A stretch of DNA of 64,000 bases from Phoronis australis (GCA_002633005.1 NMRA01000091.1:953820-1017819); one strand, 5' to 3'. Counted from the first letter of the stretch, positions 29,801-44,800 are shown. Made by a program: numbers and translations. Notes: generated by a model from the letters alone, not told the origin.

Positions 29801-32800
29801 TGTGGAAACTGGTTTGAAATAGGGTGTCAAAAAGGTGGTGCGTTGTGGTCATAGAATTTATAGGAGAAACACAACTACCGGATACCCAAACAAGCATAGA
29901 AACACAAACACAAACACACACAGATTTAATAAATTGTCAGAAAAAATGTATGAAGGATATTACAGTGACGCTGATAAAATTACACCAAACAGTAAAATAA
30001 AGTTGGCGCCACTTGAAAGCCAGTGAAAATTTTACTTTTCTTGCAATTAAAGGCTCTCCCCCCGACATAGAGTGTAAGAGCGGCATTGGCAATTTCATGA
30101 ACATTATTCCGCGATCTTCAGTCTCAATCGATATGTGGTACATGTATGTCTCGTGGGGTATCACACCATCTAGGCCACATACCGGTATTAATGAAACACG
30201 CCAACAATATTTTTATTTCATGTAATTGCTTAGTTTTAAAAACACACATCGTAGTGGTAACACGTGAAAACATTGCACATTTTTGTTATGAGATTGCTTG
30301 TTTTGTTCTTCACTTCTTTTTAAGAAATGGTTTGGATTCTCATGAACTCTGTTCAGGTCTGTATATATTTAGATCAAGGTCACAGAGTGACAGGTCACTA
30401 GGTCAGTTCAGCCTGAAGAAATACACATTTCTATTTCTTTCCAACCCCAGAAAGCATACATATTGGGAGCGATTTCAGACAAAACGCCACAAGTAGCTTC
30501 ACTCAAAATACGTATTTTTGACAACAACAACGGCTTTGGTGGCGCTTGAGTTACTATTCATAGTCTTGATCACACTAGCTTTCTGGATATTTCGCCAAAT
30601 GAGCGGCAATGGAGTACTTACCCACCAAGCAACAGAAGAGTCAGTCACATACAAATATGCAATCTGTTTCGGGTTTATATTGTTAAATTCATCATCGTAA
30701 TTTAGACAAACGTGGGCGCGGTGTGTGTACATATGTATGTAAGTATGTATGTATGTATGTGTGTGTGTGTATGTATGTATGTATGTATGTATGTATGTGT
30801 GTCTGTGTGTCTATGTATGTATGTATGTATGTATGTNNNNNNNNNNNNNNNNNNNNNNNNNNNNNNNNNNNNNNNNNNNNNNNNNNNNNNNNNNNNNNNN
30901 NNNNNNNNNNNNNNNNNNNNNNNNNNNNNNNNNNNNNNNNNNNNNNNNNNNNNNNNNNNNNNCACCCGTTCCCAACACCGTAACTCTACTCAACAGTCTT
31001 GAAATTCAAGCTGTTACATGCTAGAAACTAAGTAGTAATAAATTATTACAACGCGTTATACACCTTAACACTCGTCAACAAGCCCGCAATGAGACAGCCT
31101 TTTATTTGAACAACGAGAACCTCTCTGAAGTCGTGAGACCTGAGATCTCCGGCATAGGTGTACTTTCATTTAAGGCTACCATTTTGCAAATTTGGAGTAA
31201 AATACAGGGGCAGAATATAAGCGAAAAGCTTTCGAGCAGGAGTATAAACATCGACTTGATCGTGGGATGTACTGTAACATGTATGTACATGGCACTTGTT
31301 GATCGAGTGTTACGTGTATAATGAATTGAAGTAACATATTACAGTGAGCTGAAAGCTTGTAACGGCTTGCATTTTATTAGACTTTTGAACAGAATTACGG
31401 TGTTGGGAACATGTGGGTACACATGTGTACGACCGGTACACGCCAAATTCAAGCGTGTACATACATGTTCACCTACATGTAGGTTAGTGAACCGATATTA
31501 TACATGCTGGAGGGTGGGGGTGGGTGTGAAGACCCACTCATAAACGGGCGGCATCCGTACTACACACTTTAAAAGCCTTGCCACACACACGGACACCATT
31601 TTAAAGGAGTATGACACTCAAAAAACAACCCGTTCAGTCTCAATTTAGATTGAATAATTCTATTCAATAACGTCACGTTCGGTTGCGTTACTTGACACCT
31701 GACGGCAGACGGAGGTGTTGAAATTATCCAATGATGTAATTGGTTTCACACGCAGTCTGCTCAGCAGTTCANGTACTACACACTTTAAAAGCCTTGCCAC
31801 ACACACGGACACCATTTTAAAGGAGTATGACACTCAAAAAACAACCCATTCAGTCTCAATTGAGATTGAATAATTCTACTCAATAACGTCACGTTCGGTT
31901 GCGTTACTTGACACCTGACGGCAGACTTAGGTGTTGAAATTATCCAATGATGTAATTGGTTTCACACGCAGTCTGCTCAGCAGTTCACAACACGGGTTAC
32001 TGGTGTCAGGTTATCGCTTGAATTCATCCTTTATCACCAATAAATAATCGAATTTCGATGTAAAGCCCTTACAAATACACCGAGTTCTTATAGAAACGTG
32101 TTGTTATATTTCACTGTTACTAATTTTTTTATTTGGACATGTACCGTAGCCTACAGAGTTCGGCAGGCCAATTTACCAAGGTCCATACCAGGAGTTTGGA
32201 GTCTGTTGGGAGATAAATTCGAAGTACAGGAAAACCTAGAACTGTGTTATTTAGCCTTATGATTTTTTGAGTTCTAAACAAACAAAACGCTTGTTATCCC
32301 TACCAGGGCTCAGAACTCAAGCAGGCCCGTCGCGGCCGCCGGGACTGGCACGAACATAAACCAGCTTGAGTTGGAAAATAAACCGACAGTCGTGAAAAGA
32401 CTATAATACAGCAGTGAGCCAAAGAAATAATGGGACTTAGTCACAAAATTGAAATCTTCTTACAAATTGTCGGGGACCGCAAAGTCGGATTCTCCTTCCA
32501 CAGACAGCCAGGGCAAATGTTGTACAGTAACATGGATTTAAATAATGTATTTGTATTTCTGAATAAAGATTCCCCTAACACATGACCATAGATATAAAAT
32601 CGAGTAATTGTTTCACAACAGCTCTCTGTCAGCAAGCACTGAATTATCATGCGCTCACACGGCTTTGGTGCGCGGTCGTTGCCGGCATCAAAACCCGGTA
32701 ACGCAGAGATTAATTCATTACTGGCTTATCAACATTTGCACTCGCAAATACTGCAAGGCATTACAAATTGCATCTAATGAGACATGCTTTGTTTCAGCTT

Positions 32801-35800
32801 TATATAAGCATTAATTAGGATGACAATAATTCATTTTGAAGCACAACTCAGAATAATAAACGTCTACATGGCAACTCGCCCGGTGCCAATTCCGGCTTAG
32901 TTAGTCAAGAGCTCAACTGACGAAGACTTCACGGATCGGATCATTACGTTTCACAGCTATCAATTCAAACCGGAATACACTGATCAAGAAAAAAAGAGAG
33001 GCGCCGTGAACATGCTCAGGCAAGGGAACCTATGGATAGTTCTTTGGTAAGCCGGAATTCTTCAGAGAAAACACTGTCGACGATTAGCCGGCCACAGATA
33101 CTCAGATGTTTTACGACCTCATACGTGCTATTAACAGCGTAACGTTCATTCTTCACTATCATGAGCCACTTCCTAAGCATTTTGGGCTCTCGGGGAAGTC
33201 GGGAAAACGATATACCCGCTTTATTCAAAGCTTCACTGTTCGGACAAGCGGGAACCGATGCACCGGGACATTCACTCTGCATACGAACCGCTGACATCAC
33301 TGCGCCATTTCTCACCTTCCTCATAGATTAACGCGACACCTCTCGGCAAGGTGAGGTCGACCGTATGAGAAGCGATGTGTATATATACCGATTAAGAGGG
33401 TAAAAAAGACTAATTAAATCGGGTGGCATTCTCCCTTAAGATGGAATCAGAATTCCAACAACAGACACTTTTCAATGGAAGTGACCGCAGTTTACGAGGT
33501 TTCGTCGATTGATGATCTGTTGTAACGCTAACTTATTACTCTGCGCGTGCAAGCGCAGAGAACTGTTCTTCCTAGGTTTTCTTCAATTTTATTCTCATTC
33601 TTATGCTTCTTATTACTATGCGCGTGTAAGCGCAGGGTGTCGTTGTTCCGGGGTTTTCTTCAATTTTATTCTTATTCTTCTTGTTCTTCTTTTTATTATT
33701 ATTCTCCTTCCGACCAAGTTTGAGGCTTAATAACTCCAAATTGGGTGCAGGTACATTCTTTTAATTCAGCATATGATTTTTGACAGTACATAAATTTTGA
33801 TTGGTTATATAATCATATTCTATATTTCACCGGAAGAGCTCGTTTGATGTAAAGGCCATGTAATTTTCAAAACTCTACTACTTCTTCAGTTTTAAAGCTA
33901 TACTTTTCAAATTCGGTGGATAGGTATAAGTCAAGAAGACAATTGAAAAATACTTTTTAAGTAATCGAATATACCAATCTGATAAAACAGGTCAAAGGTC
34001 ATGAAAATTTGTCTTTTTCATTCACCAATAATTCTGATGTGTCAACCGTTAGACAACTTTGATTCTCAGCATTAAATATAATTTTCGCAGACTTTGCAAC
34101 AGTTTTACTAAAAGGGCTTGTAATGCACTGGATAGGGTCAATTACTGCAAAGGTCATCTACTTTTGAAAAGGTTATTTCTTCTACATTTTCAAGGAATAC
34201 TCATCAATTCCAGCACATTGATGTAAACCTACATGTAGGTGCCAATGAAATACCCTACTTTACTAAGCAATAAGGACATCCAATCAGAGAAAATAGGTCA
34301 AAGTTCATTGGGTGCAAAATAAAATTTTGAGATAGACACTTTAAATTCACAAGTCCGATTGGTACGTCTAATTCAATTCGAAACATAAAGTTTCAGGTCA
34401 TTTAGTGCAAGCATTGGGTCATTAGGTGCAATTTTCTTCTGAAAATTTGTCGTTTTCATTCACCAAGTATTCTGATGTGTCAACCGTTAGACAAGTGTGA
34501 TTCTCAGCATTAAACACACTTTTCACGGGCTTTGCAATGATTCTCTTAAAAACGCTTATAATGCACCGGATAGGGTCAAATATTGCAAAGGTCATCTAAA
34601 CTTCAAACTGTTATATCCCCTACATTTTTAAAAAAGAATTATTTTCAATTTCAGAAAACTGGTGTTAACCAACATGACAATCGAACACCCAACTTTTCTA
34701 AAAAATAGGCCCATCCAATCATAAAAACGTCAAAGNTTTGCAATGATTCTCTTAAAAACGCTTATAATGCACCGGATAGGGTCAAATATTGCAAAGGTCA
34801 TCTAAACTTCAATATATATATATATAATTGCAGGCGGTCTGATACACGTTGTACCAGACGTGCGCAGGCCTCGCATGTGGGCCCATTGCACTGATCACCT
34901 GGAAATATTTTTATGCTTTATTAATATATGGTTAAAAAACGAGCTGAGGAGCTAGAAACCTGGCTCAAGGGTTTAGCTATGTGACCTGGTGGGACTTGAA
35001 CCCACGACCTGGAGTAAAGAAAGCGGGCACTTATCAACCAGGCCACACTGCCTCCTCTAAACTTCAAAGTGTTATATCCCCTACATTTTGAAAAAAGAAT
35101 TATTTTCAATTTCAGAAAACTGGTGTTAACCAACATGACAATCGAACACCCAACTTTTCTAAAAAATAGGCCCATCCAATCATAAAAACGTCAAAGGTCA
35201 TAGAGTGCAAACTAAACTTTTGAACTAAACACTTAAAATTACATATCTGTTTAGTAAATTCAATTGAATTTCAATTCTAAAGATTCAGGTCATTTGGTAC
35301 ATCCATGGGGTCATTAGGTGCATTTTACTGTGAAAGTTTGACCAACTCCTTCATCTTGTATTCTAAAGTGCTTAAAGTAAGACCTGTGTGATTCTTAGCA
35401 TTGACCACACTTTTAATCGAGTTTACAACTATTCCTCTCATCGGGGCTTATAGTGCAGCGAAAGAGGTCAATTAGTGAAAAGGTCATCAAAATATTGACA
35501 TGTAATTTCTCCTACAGTTGTAAAGAATTCCTTTTCATTTTTGTAAACGGGTTGTTGTCAATAACTTTCCATAACATTAACAGTAATAGGCACGCGCAGA
35601 GTCCATTATTGTCACACCGTGACAATAATCTTTCTAGTTCTTATTACGCTGCGCATGTAAGCGTAGAATACTGTTGTTCCTGGGTTTTCTTGAATTTTAT
35701 TACTCTGAGCGTGTAATGACAGAGTGCTGTTGTTCCTGGGTTTTCTTCAATTTTATTCGTATTACTCTGAGCGTGCTAGCGCAGAGTACTGCTGTTCCTG

Positions 35801-38800
35801 GGTTTTCTTCAATTTTATTCTTCTTATTTTCATTCTTCTTCCGACCAACTTTAAGGCTTAATAACTCCAAATTGGGTGCAGGCACGGTCTTTAAATTCAG
35901 CATAATTGATTTTTGTCAGTACATAAATTTTGATTCGTTATATAATCATATTCCACATTGCACCGGAAGAGGTAATTCGGTGCAAAGATAATGTGATTTC
36001 AAAATGGTTCTCTTTCTTCATTTTTAAAGCTATTCTTTTCAAATTCGGTGAACAGGTATAAGTCAATTTTTCTAAGTAATCGAGTCATCCAATCAGTTGA
36101 AATACGTCAATGATCATTAGGTGCAAACTAACATTTTAAACTAGATACATCAAATTGACAGGTCTGATTGGCACAGTTAATTCAATTTGAGATCAAAAGT
36201 TTCAGATCATTTAGTGCAACCATGGGGTCATTAGGTACATTTTTCTTCTGAAAATTTGACCTTTTCAATCGTGAACTATTGTGATGTGTCAACCGTTAGA
36301 CAACTGTGATTCTCAGCATTAAACACATTTTTGATAGGCTTTGCAATAATTCTCCTAAAGACGCTTACGATGTATAATGCACCGGATAGGGTCAATTAGT
36401 GCAAAGGTCATGAAACGTTGAAAATATTGTATGTCTTACGTTTTTCAAGGAATTCTTTTGAATTTCAGCACACTGGTGTAAGTCAACATGCCAATTGAAT
36501 ACCCTACTTTATTCGCAGTAGATCTAACCAATCAGAAAAAATGGTCAAAGGTCATTGAGTGCAAACTAGATTTACTAAATGCGATTGAGTTTAAATTCCA
36601 AATTTTCAGGTCATTTGGTGCACCCATAGGGCCATTAGGTGCATTTTTCTTGTGAAATTTAGACCCTTTCATGCATCTTGTATTCTGAAGCGCTTAAAGT
36701 AAAACATCTGTGATTCTTAGCATTAACCTCACTTAAAGTCGAGTTTACAATTATTTCCTTACTGGGGTTCACAGTGTACCGGAAGAGGTCAAATAGTGGA
36801 AAGGTCATCAAATTATTAACATGTAATTTCTCTATATAATTTTAAAGAATTCCTTTTCATATTGGTTAACGGGTTGCTGTCAGTAACTTCCCAAAACAAT
36901 TCCAGTAATACGCACGCGCAGAGTCCATTATTGCCACTATTGTCACGGCGTGACAACAATCAATCTAGTTTGTTTGTGGTATTAGTGCCGAGTGGTCTGT
37001 GATTTGGGTTCAAGTTTTAGGTAAGCGTCTTTCTTGTGTGGTAAGAATTTCTTGGTTTGTGTGGTGTGGTTGCGGCAATAATGTTGTTTCTATGACTGAA
37101 CTAGCTGCCTTGCATTGAAACGTGCTGTTGTAAAGAACATTGGCTGAAATTTTGGTAGCAGAACATGCGAAAAACAAATGTCTAGGGCAACATGACGGCT
37201 TATTACCAGCACGTACTGCCTTAAACCGTCTGCGACATTTTCAGGCAACTAACTTCAATGCAATTTTTGTGGCTAATAAGGACATGCTCCCGAATGTGAC
37301 AGAAAATTCCTTTTATAGTACCAAAATACTTACTTTTTGTGGAGTACTTTAATGTACTTCATCAATGCAAACTTGTCGTAGCATCTTACCTATGGGATTT
37401 GCTTATCTTTTTTGGTCATTGTCAAGTGATACATTCGCTGGGTTTTTGTTATCATTTTCTCTGGTGATGGTAGAGCGCTGCACACATTGATGAATTCGTT
37501 ATGTTGTTGCCCTACGAACCTTGTCTTACAAACGGGACGAAAACGCTCGAAATCATGAGATGTACACATGACAGAGTACAGGTATATGTAGATAGATCCA
37601 AATTTTAAAAGCACCTTGGTGACGTGCAATGGTAGGTGAAGTGGTCAATGCCTTGTTTATGTACACTTTTATTCCAAACATAACTTGATTAAACGATCAT
37701 GAAATTTCGCTTAGAACAATTTCACCCTCGTTGATGCCGTTGTTTATGGAACTGATCGCCACTTGTTTTCGCCAACGACTGTTTGTCTACCCTTAACTTG
37801 CCCGCGTTACCCAAGGGTATTCAGAAAAGTTCAGCGTAAAATCCCAACCACGGCGCCGGCATATGATGTTAAACGATTTGTTTTTAATTTTTTGTCTCCG
37901 TTTCAGGATATTGTGAAAATCGTCACGGTGACGAAACATGTTCTATTTTGGCGTTTGCGTGGTTTTGTGACCATTTTCCGGCATACATGATGTCGGAGTG
38001 TACTCAAGCTTGCGGTTTCTGCGACCAAAAAGACAAAGGTAAGTGATAAGTACCTCAATCTACAATTGAGACGTGTTTAACGAATATAATTAGCAATTGA
38101 AAAACTAAACTATTGCTATGGCCTTATTTGTCTTACACATCTCAAGGACGTACATGAACCCAGAGTTGATTTTACGTAAGAGCACGTCATGTATTTTGCA
38201 TTCCTCACAGATGCCTGTGTTTGCATCTGTTTCGTTTATTTGTTCTTCCAATTTCAAGACTCATACAGCGATTTTATAATAGTTTCCAAATATAATAATT
38301 ATTTCATCTAGCAGAGAGTTATTTCACTCTTTTTCCCCGTTGCGTTGGGGGAAAACAATACATTGCCATTTTGCCAAATTATTTAGATTTCGCCAGTCCA
38401 TGAAACTTGTAAAGTACACGACAAGTCTGTTTAAATATATGGCTGTTGCACGGTCTTACGAATTGCGTTAATCTCGAATTGTCTTCCATGTCAAATTTTG
38501 CAATCTACAACAAATCGACGCAGGTTTGTTCGTTACAGCAGTATGCAAGAATTTGTGGAATTCAACTGAGTGCGATGTGTACGCCAATTTCGGTTACTGT
38601 CGAACGTCCAAAGAATGGATGGTTGCCCATTGTCGCCAAAGTTGTGGTATTTGTGATCGCACAGACTCGTCCTGCACCAACCAGTACAAAGACGATGCTA
38701 AATGTTACGCGTACGCTCTGGGTGGGGAGTGCCTGGGTAATATCAANCACAGACTCTTCCTGCACCAACCAGTACAAAGACGATGCTAAATGTTACGCGT

Positions 38801-41800
38801 ACGCTCTGGGTGGGGAGTGCCTGAGTAATATCAAGTGGATGTACAAAAACTGTAGACGGGCTTGTGGCATATGTCAGGGTCTTCCTGGAGGTATGAATAT
38901 TGTACATGCAGCATTATTTTGCATTTGTATCACTGTTGCTTCTGAGATTTCATAATAGTGAGTGTTGATGGTTGTCAGTGAAGTGGAATTTGCTTCTTAT
39001 TGGCTTATGTGATCGTGGTGCTGCAACCAGGGGTAGATACATGTACGACTCATGTCTGATCTCTTCACGCGGCACAAACGTTACACTAATGTTTTGACGA
39101 AAAACATATATTTCCTTTTCATCATTCCTGGATATCTAATGTTCCACAACTGGTCATTATTTCATCTGTTCCTCATCACCACTGACACAACTTAGAGTAA
39201 AAACAAAAAAATGGAGACGAACGTGCTCAGCATGTTCTTCTCATGCTTGGAAATCAGCACCGAATACTTTACCTTCTCTAAATCAAGTCACGCCTTTGAG
39301 TAGTGGCTTAAAGACAAGAAGTTAAATACCACCAAAGTCACAAGTTCAAGGAGGGCTTTTTAGCAGCCTGCCTCGTACACATCCGGGTAATTCGAGGATG
39401 TTCCCTAACCAATAACGAAAGTTCGTGTTCGAGCGGCCACATTTTGCGTGCCCCTAAACTTACGTGAGTGTGAATTTTAAGGTACATGTACTTGAACCCT
39501 GAAATCCGCCATATTAACTATCTAACTTCCTTGAATTGGTAGTTTTCTGATTGTTGTGGAAATTTTTTCTCCATTTCACCAGTCGGAATAGCAGTTTAAA
39601 AGGCTTATGGGAAGATGACTTTTGAGGGCTTGGTTTTGGCAATTCCAGGCTGACGGAAGTACATCGTGATTGTACATTTAGTTGAATTTGAGACAATTGA
39701 ATTTGCACTCATACATGTAAGAACTTCACTGCAAGAATAACATAGATTAAAGTTTATTGAAAAGTTGGAGTCGACGAAATTTAAAGCCGTTTGGTAGAGT
39801 AACGGTAATTAAAACATTAACTATTTCTAAACTTAATTTTTTGTTGTCAAGTTTACCAAATCCACCAGTAAAAGTCTTGAATGAATTGAATACGACATTT
39901 TTCAAAATTGTGTGGCAGGCTCGTAGTGCTACAATTGAACGAACCACGGCCTGTTTAGCACTTGATCGTCGGGGTCTTCATATGATTAATATGCATACTT
40001 TCAGCAAAGCTTTAAAATTCGCTATGGCCCGTAGATATCTTGAAAGCCTTGCGTCTAAAAGTGGTGAATTAGTGTACTCACTCTACCCGTTCTTAAAGAA
40101 TTTTGCTTCATTTGGAAATGACTTTGTTGAGTCGAAGTTAGCTCTAATTGGTAATTCCTACTGGCGCGAAGTATTTGGAAGTAAGATATCTTTCTAAGTC
40201 AAGAAAATAATTGTTGCAAGTAAGGAGGAATTTTTGAATCAACCTTTGTGGTTTAATAGTTAACTTGGCTATCGGATGGACAAGTGTTTTTTATAAGCCT
40301 TGGTTTGTAAAAGGCTTAAGATTTATTAGAGGTGTGTATACCTCTGATGCTGATTTCGTTAGTTTGAACCATATGAAAAATAAGTTCGATGTAAACACCA
40401 ACTTTGCAGAATATAATGGTGAGTAGTATAGTAAGTCATTTAGGACGCCTTACTATACTACTATGGTGATGTTTCTGTTCTAAGAAGGTTTCAAAAAAGT
40501 CTATTTTAAAGTAAATTTATAAGTGTTAAGAGTGACTCCATATAAAAACCAACAGGTAGAGTCTATACCCAAAATCACCGATTTTTTTGAAACTTAGCAC
40601 ATGAGTTTGGTTTGTTGAGATGTAGAAAGGCCTCACTTTTTAAGAATTTTCATTCATTATTTTTCTTTTTATGACCTGTACCTCCATTTTGCAACAAAAT
40701 TGGGCGTCGAAGTAGGCATGTTTGAATGCATTTTACTAGCATGTGTGGTAAGGACAAAACAAATGAATAATACCAATTGAAAGGGCAATGGCTGAATAAT
40801 TTAATGGCATAACTTTCAAAATTCATTTTTAAATTTGTACTTTTTGAATTTGTGAGGCAAAAACGGCTATTTTTTAGGTTTTCACTGAAGCCATTTTCGG
40901 CCAAATTTGGCACTCTGTAGCAGCCAAAACGCACCTTTCCTGAAATTGACTTTATAATAATTTGTTTAGTCATTCCTATCCTGTTCATAATCTAAAATAA
41001 AAAATCTTGCCTCTAATGTAGTTTTTGCGTACGAAGCATTACACGAACTGCTCTTCNGTATACCTCTGATGCTGATTTCGTTAGTTTGAACCATATGAAA
41101 AATAAGTTCGATGTAAACACCAACTTTGCAGAAAATAATGGTGAGTAGTATAGTAAGTCATTTAGGACGCCCTACTATACTACTATGGCGATGTTTCTGT
41201 TCTAAGAAGGTTTCAAAAAAGTCTATTTTAAAGTAAATTTAAAAGTGTTAATGTCTCCGCTCCTGGCAGGACTCTAGTAATCACTCACTTACGGAAAGAT
41301 TTGAAGGGTTGTAGACATAGTTGTTCAGTCTTTAATGACGTTAAGAAACCTCCTACATGTAAGTCAGAGTGTATATGGGAAATAGGGTTAGGAGATAATT
41401 TAGATTGGAAGAAAATATACGCATTGCCTTATGAAATTACAAAGGATCCTAACATCATATGGTTCCAATTTAAAATACTACTTAGGATTATTGCAACAAA
41501 CACCTTTTTAGTCAAAATCCGTGTTCGGGAATCTAATTTATGTCCCTTTTGTACTGAAGGTCCAGAGACGCTGTCACACCTTTTTTGGGATCGCGTGTAT
41601 TTTAAAAGTGCGCATTTGACGATATCGTTTGCGTAATAAAATAGCATAGCTCAATTTCTCGCTGCATATGGTTATCTTACTTGGTGACTCCATGGCCGCA
41701 AATTCTTGAAGCCTACACAACATGTTGGCAAAAAAAAAACACGGAGAACGTGTTAAACAGGAAAAACTGTAAGTAACACAGACTCGAACTCTCGACCTGG

Positions 41801-44800
41801 CGGATAGAACGCGCGTGCTTTAGCACTACACCACCTCGATTTAACTCCCAATGTGATACTATGAGACCTACTAGTTTATGGTCCAATGCGTTTGCGCGTG
41901 AAACCTACTTCTTTCTGCAATGCTTATTACACGTTTTATATTTCGTGCAATCGGTTCCTAACAAATTCTTTGTATTTACAATAGTCTTCAAATGCCCAAA
42001 AGACCAAATCCGTTTTTCGTGTTGGCAATAGTGACGGGATTGCTTTGGAAATTGTCTTAAGTTAAGGTTTGGCAAAGAGAGAATTTTGAGTTTCTGAGGG
42101 ATTCATTAAGGCTTCGATTAAAAATCACATCTTACCAGCAGCTTTTGCTTTTGATCGTCACTCAGGTTCAATTTTCTTTAAAAAATGAAGTAATTTGTTT
42201 TCATTCCACAGTGGAGCAGACGACGGAAACGGAGTGGTAGCGCGCAGCGCCACTGCCGGTCGCCTGGGAAATCGCGGGAGAGCCTATACTTAGCCATAGA
42301 TCCGTTAAGATTGCGCCGTGTTCCGATATTGACACTTGAAATTGGATCTGACCCCCTCCCCCCAACTTTAAAACTGCACACATTTAAATCTTGTTTCATC
42401 CTTATAGTTTTAATTACTGGGATTAATTAATAAACTCAACATTTCCCTACGCCCTTGCTGTTTTAATTTTTTGCGGCGGCCGAGGGGGGCCCTAATTCCG
42501 CATATGACTGCACAGATATCGAGCAGTTCGGAGAACGTATATGGTACTTGAAGACTCAAAATTTTAAAATTCGCTTCCCAGTTGCTTTTTTAACCTACCA
42601 TTCGATGCCATTGTTCATGATGCATTATGTCGGTCTCCGATTAGGCGCCTATCTATTTTCAGCTGGTGGCTCGACCAGCAACATGCATACCGCCACTCGG
42701 AGCAGAACCTAGCAGTTCGATTGGTCAAACATGATGCCTATCATATCGTGTGGGCAATTACATGTACATTTACTACAGACGCTACTAATCTCCTACATAT
42801 CACATTGTGTTTCATGGCTGAATAATTGGCGCTTCCAAAGTTTCCAGTGGCGTAGGATAATCGATGCCTCCATTGATTTCGGGTGGATTTTTAATATTGC
42901 TCGCGAGACGAGAGAGAGAATAATGTCATTAGAGAAACGCAATAGGTAAAGGAGGCACACTACCTACAACGCTGCTATTCCACTACTTCAAAATTTACTG
43001 GAATTTACTATCATATGCTCCATTACTTCCCGATGCCAAAATCCCGAAAAATGCGCATTGATTAAAATAGGAAGTACACCAAGTAAACAGGTGTTCAGTC
43101 CACTTTCCGAAAATTTCAGAATTATGGTCCTCTACCAACCCTCTAGATTCAAGTGTATTGCATACCAATTCCAGTGCTGTGTAAAAACGTCCACTCTTCT
43201 GAAGACGAATGTGTCCAAGACGCGCATTATGGATTGTGTGGATCAAACAACAGATGGATGGTCATGAAATGCATGAAAGCTTGCCACCACTTCCTGTGTC
43301 ATGATGGACCGGAAGGATGTGACAACAAATATGGTGACCAATGCACCGCGTGGGCACAATCGGGGCAATGTACTGTGAACCCGTTTTTTATGTTCTATTA
43401 CTGTGAGAAAGCTTGTTCAGAGTATTTGTGTTCAGGTGAGTTTCAACGTTTGACATTTAACTTCTGGTTAAATCTCTCTTGGGCAAGCGAATGTGTTTAT
43501 TTATAACTTCAAGGTGTTGATCAATTGATCATCGCGTATTATAATAACGTCAACGATAGCGTATTGTTTTTTGGGTTGGCGAGTTTATCGAAAACTAGTG
43601 TAAGTTGGCGAGGTCCTTGAGGTCTCCACGTAACCTATATCTCTATTCATCCACAAACTATGAAACATTTGACTGTACTAGAATTTTATGAGAGAAATTA
43701 CCTTACGCGATGATAATCAATCTTGGAAAAAACTCATTCTGTAATTACTCTGCGCGTGTAAGCGCAGAGTACTGTTGTTCCTGGGTTTTCTTAAATNCGA
43801 TAGCGTATTGTTTTTTGGGTTGGCGAGTTTATCGAAAACTAGTGTAAGTTGGCGAGGTCCTTGAGGTCTCCACCTAACCTATATCTCTATTCATCCACAA
43901 ACTATGAAACATTTGACTGTACTAGAATTTTATGAGAGAAATTACCTTACGCGAAAAAACTCATTCTGTAATTACTCTGCGCGTGTAAGCGCAGAGTACT
44001 GTTGTTCCTGGGATTTCTTAAATTGTATTCTTATTCTTATTCTTATTATTATTACTCTGCGCGTGTAAGCGCAGAGTACTGTTGTTCCTGGGTTTTCTTC
44101 AATTTTATTCTTATTCTTGTTCTGCTTCTTATTCTTCTTCCGACCAGCTTTGAGGCTTAGTATCTGCAAATTGGGTGCAGGTACGTTCTTTAACTTCAGC
44201 ATATGATTTTTGACAGTACATAAATTTTGATTCCTTATATAATCATATTCCATATTGCACCGGAAGAGGTCGTTTGGTGCAAAGGTCATAAAAAATTCAA
44301 AATGCTACTCCTCCTTCAGTTTTAATGCTATCTTTTTCAAATTCGGTGCATAGGAATAAGTCAATCGGACAATTTAAAAAAAATAGTTTTCTGATTAATC
44401 AGGTCATCCAATCAGGTTAAACAGGTCAAAGGTGATTAGGTGCAAACTCAAATTTTGAGCTAGACACTTCAAATTCACAGGTCTGATTGGCACAAGTAAT
44501 TCAATTCGGAATCCAAAGTTTCGGGTCATTTAGTACTAACTTGGGGTCATTAGGTGCATTTTTCTTCTAAAATTTGACCTTTTCATTAACCAAGTATTCT
44601 AATGAGTCAACTGTGATTCTCATCATTGAACGCATTCTTCATGGTCTTTTCAATAATTCACGTAAAGACTTTTATAATGCACCAGATAGGGTCAATTAGT
44701 GCAAAGGTCATGTAACCTTCAAAATGTTATATCTCTTACGTTTTCCAAGGAATTCTTTTCAATTTGAGCACACTTGGGTACGTCAACATGCCTATTGAAT

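Noticed and set aside
30702-31024. MYVC/HTYI-repeat ORFs
   Set aside because: Microsatellite plus N gap.
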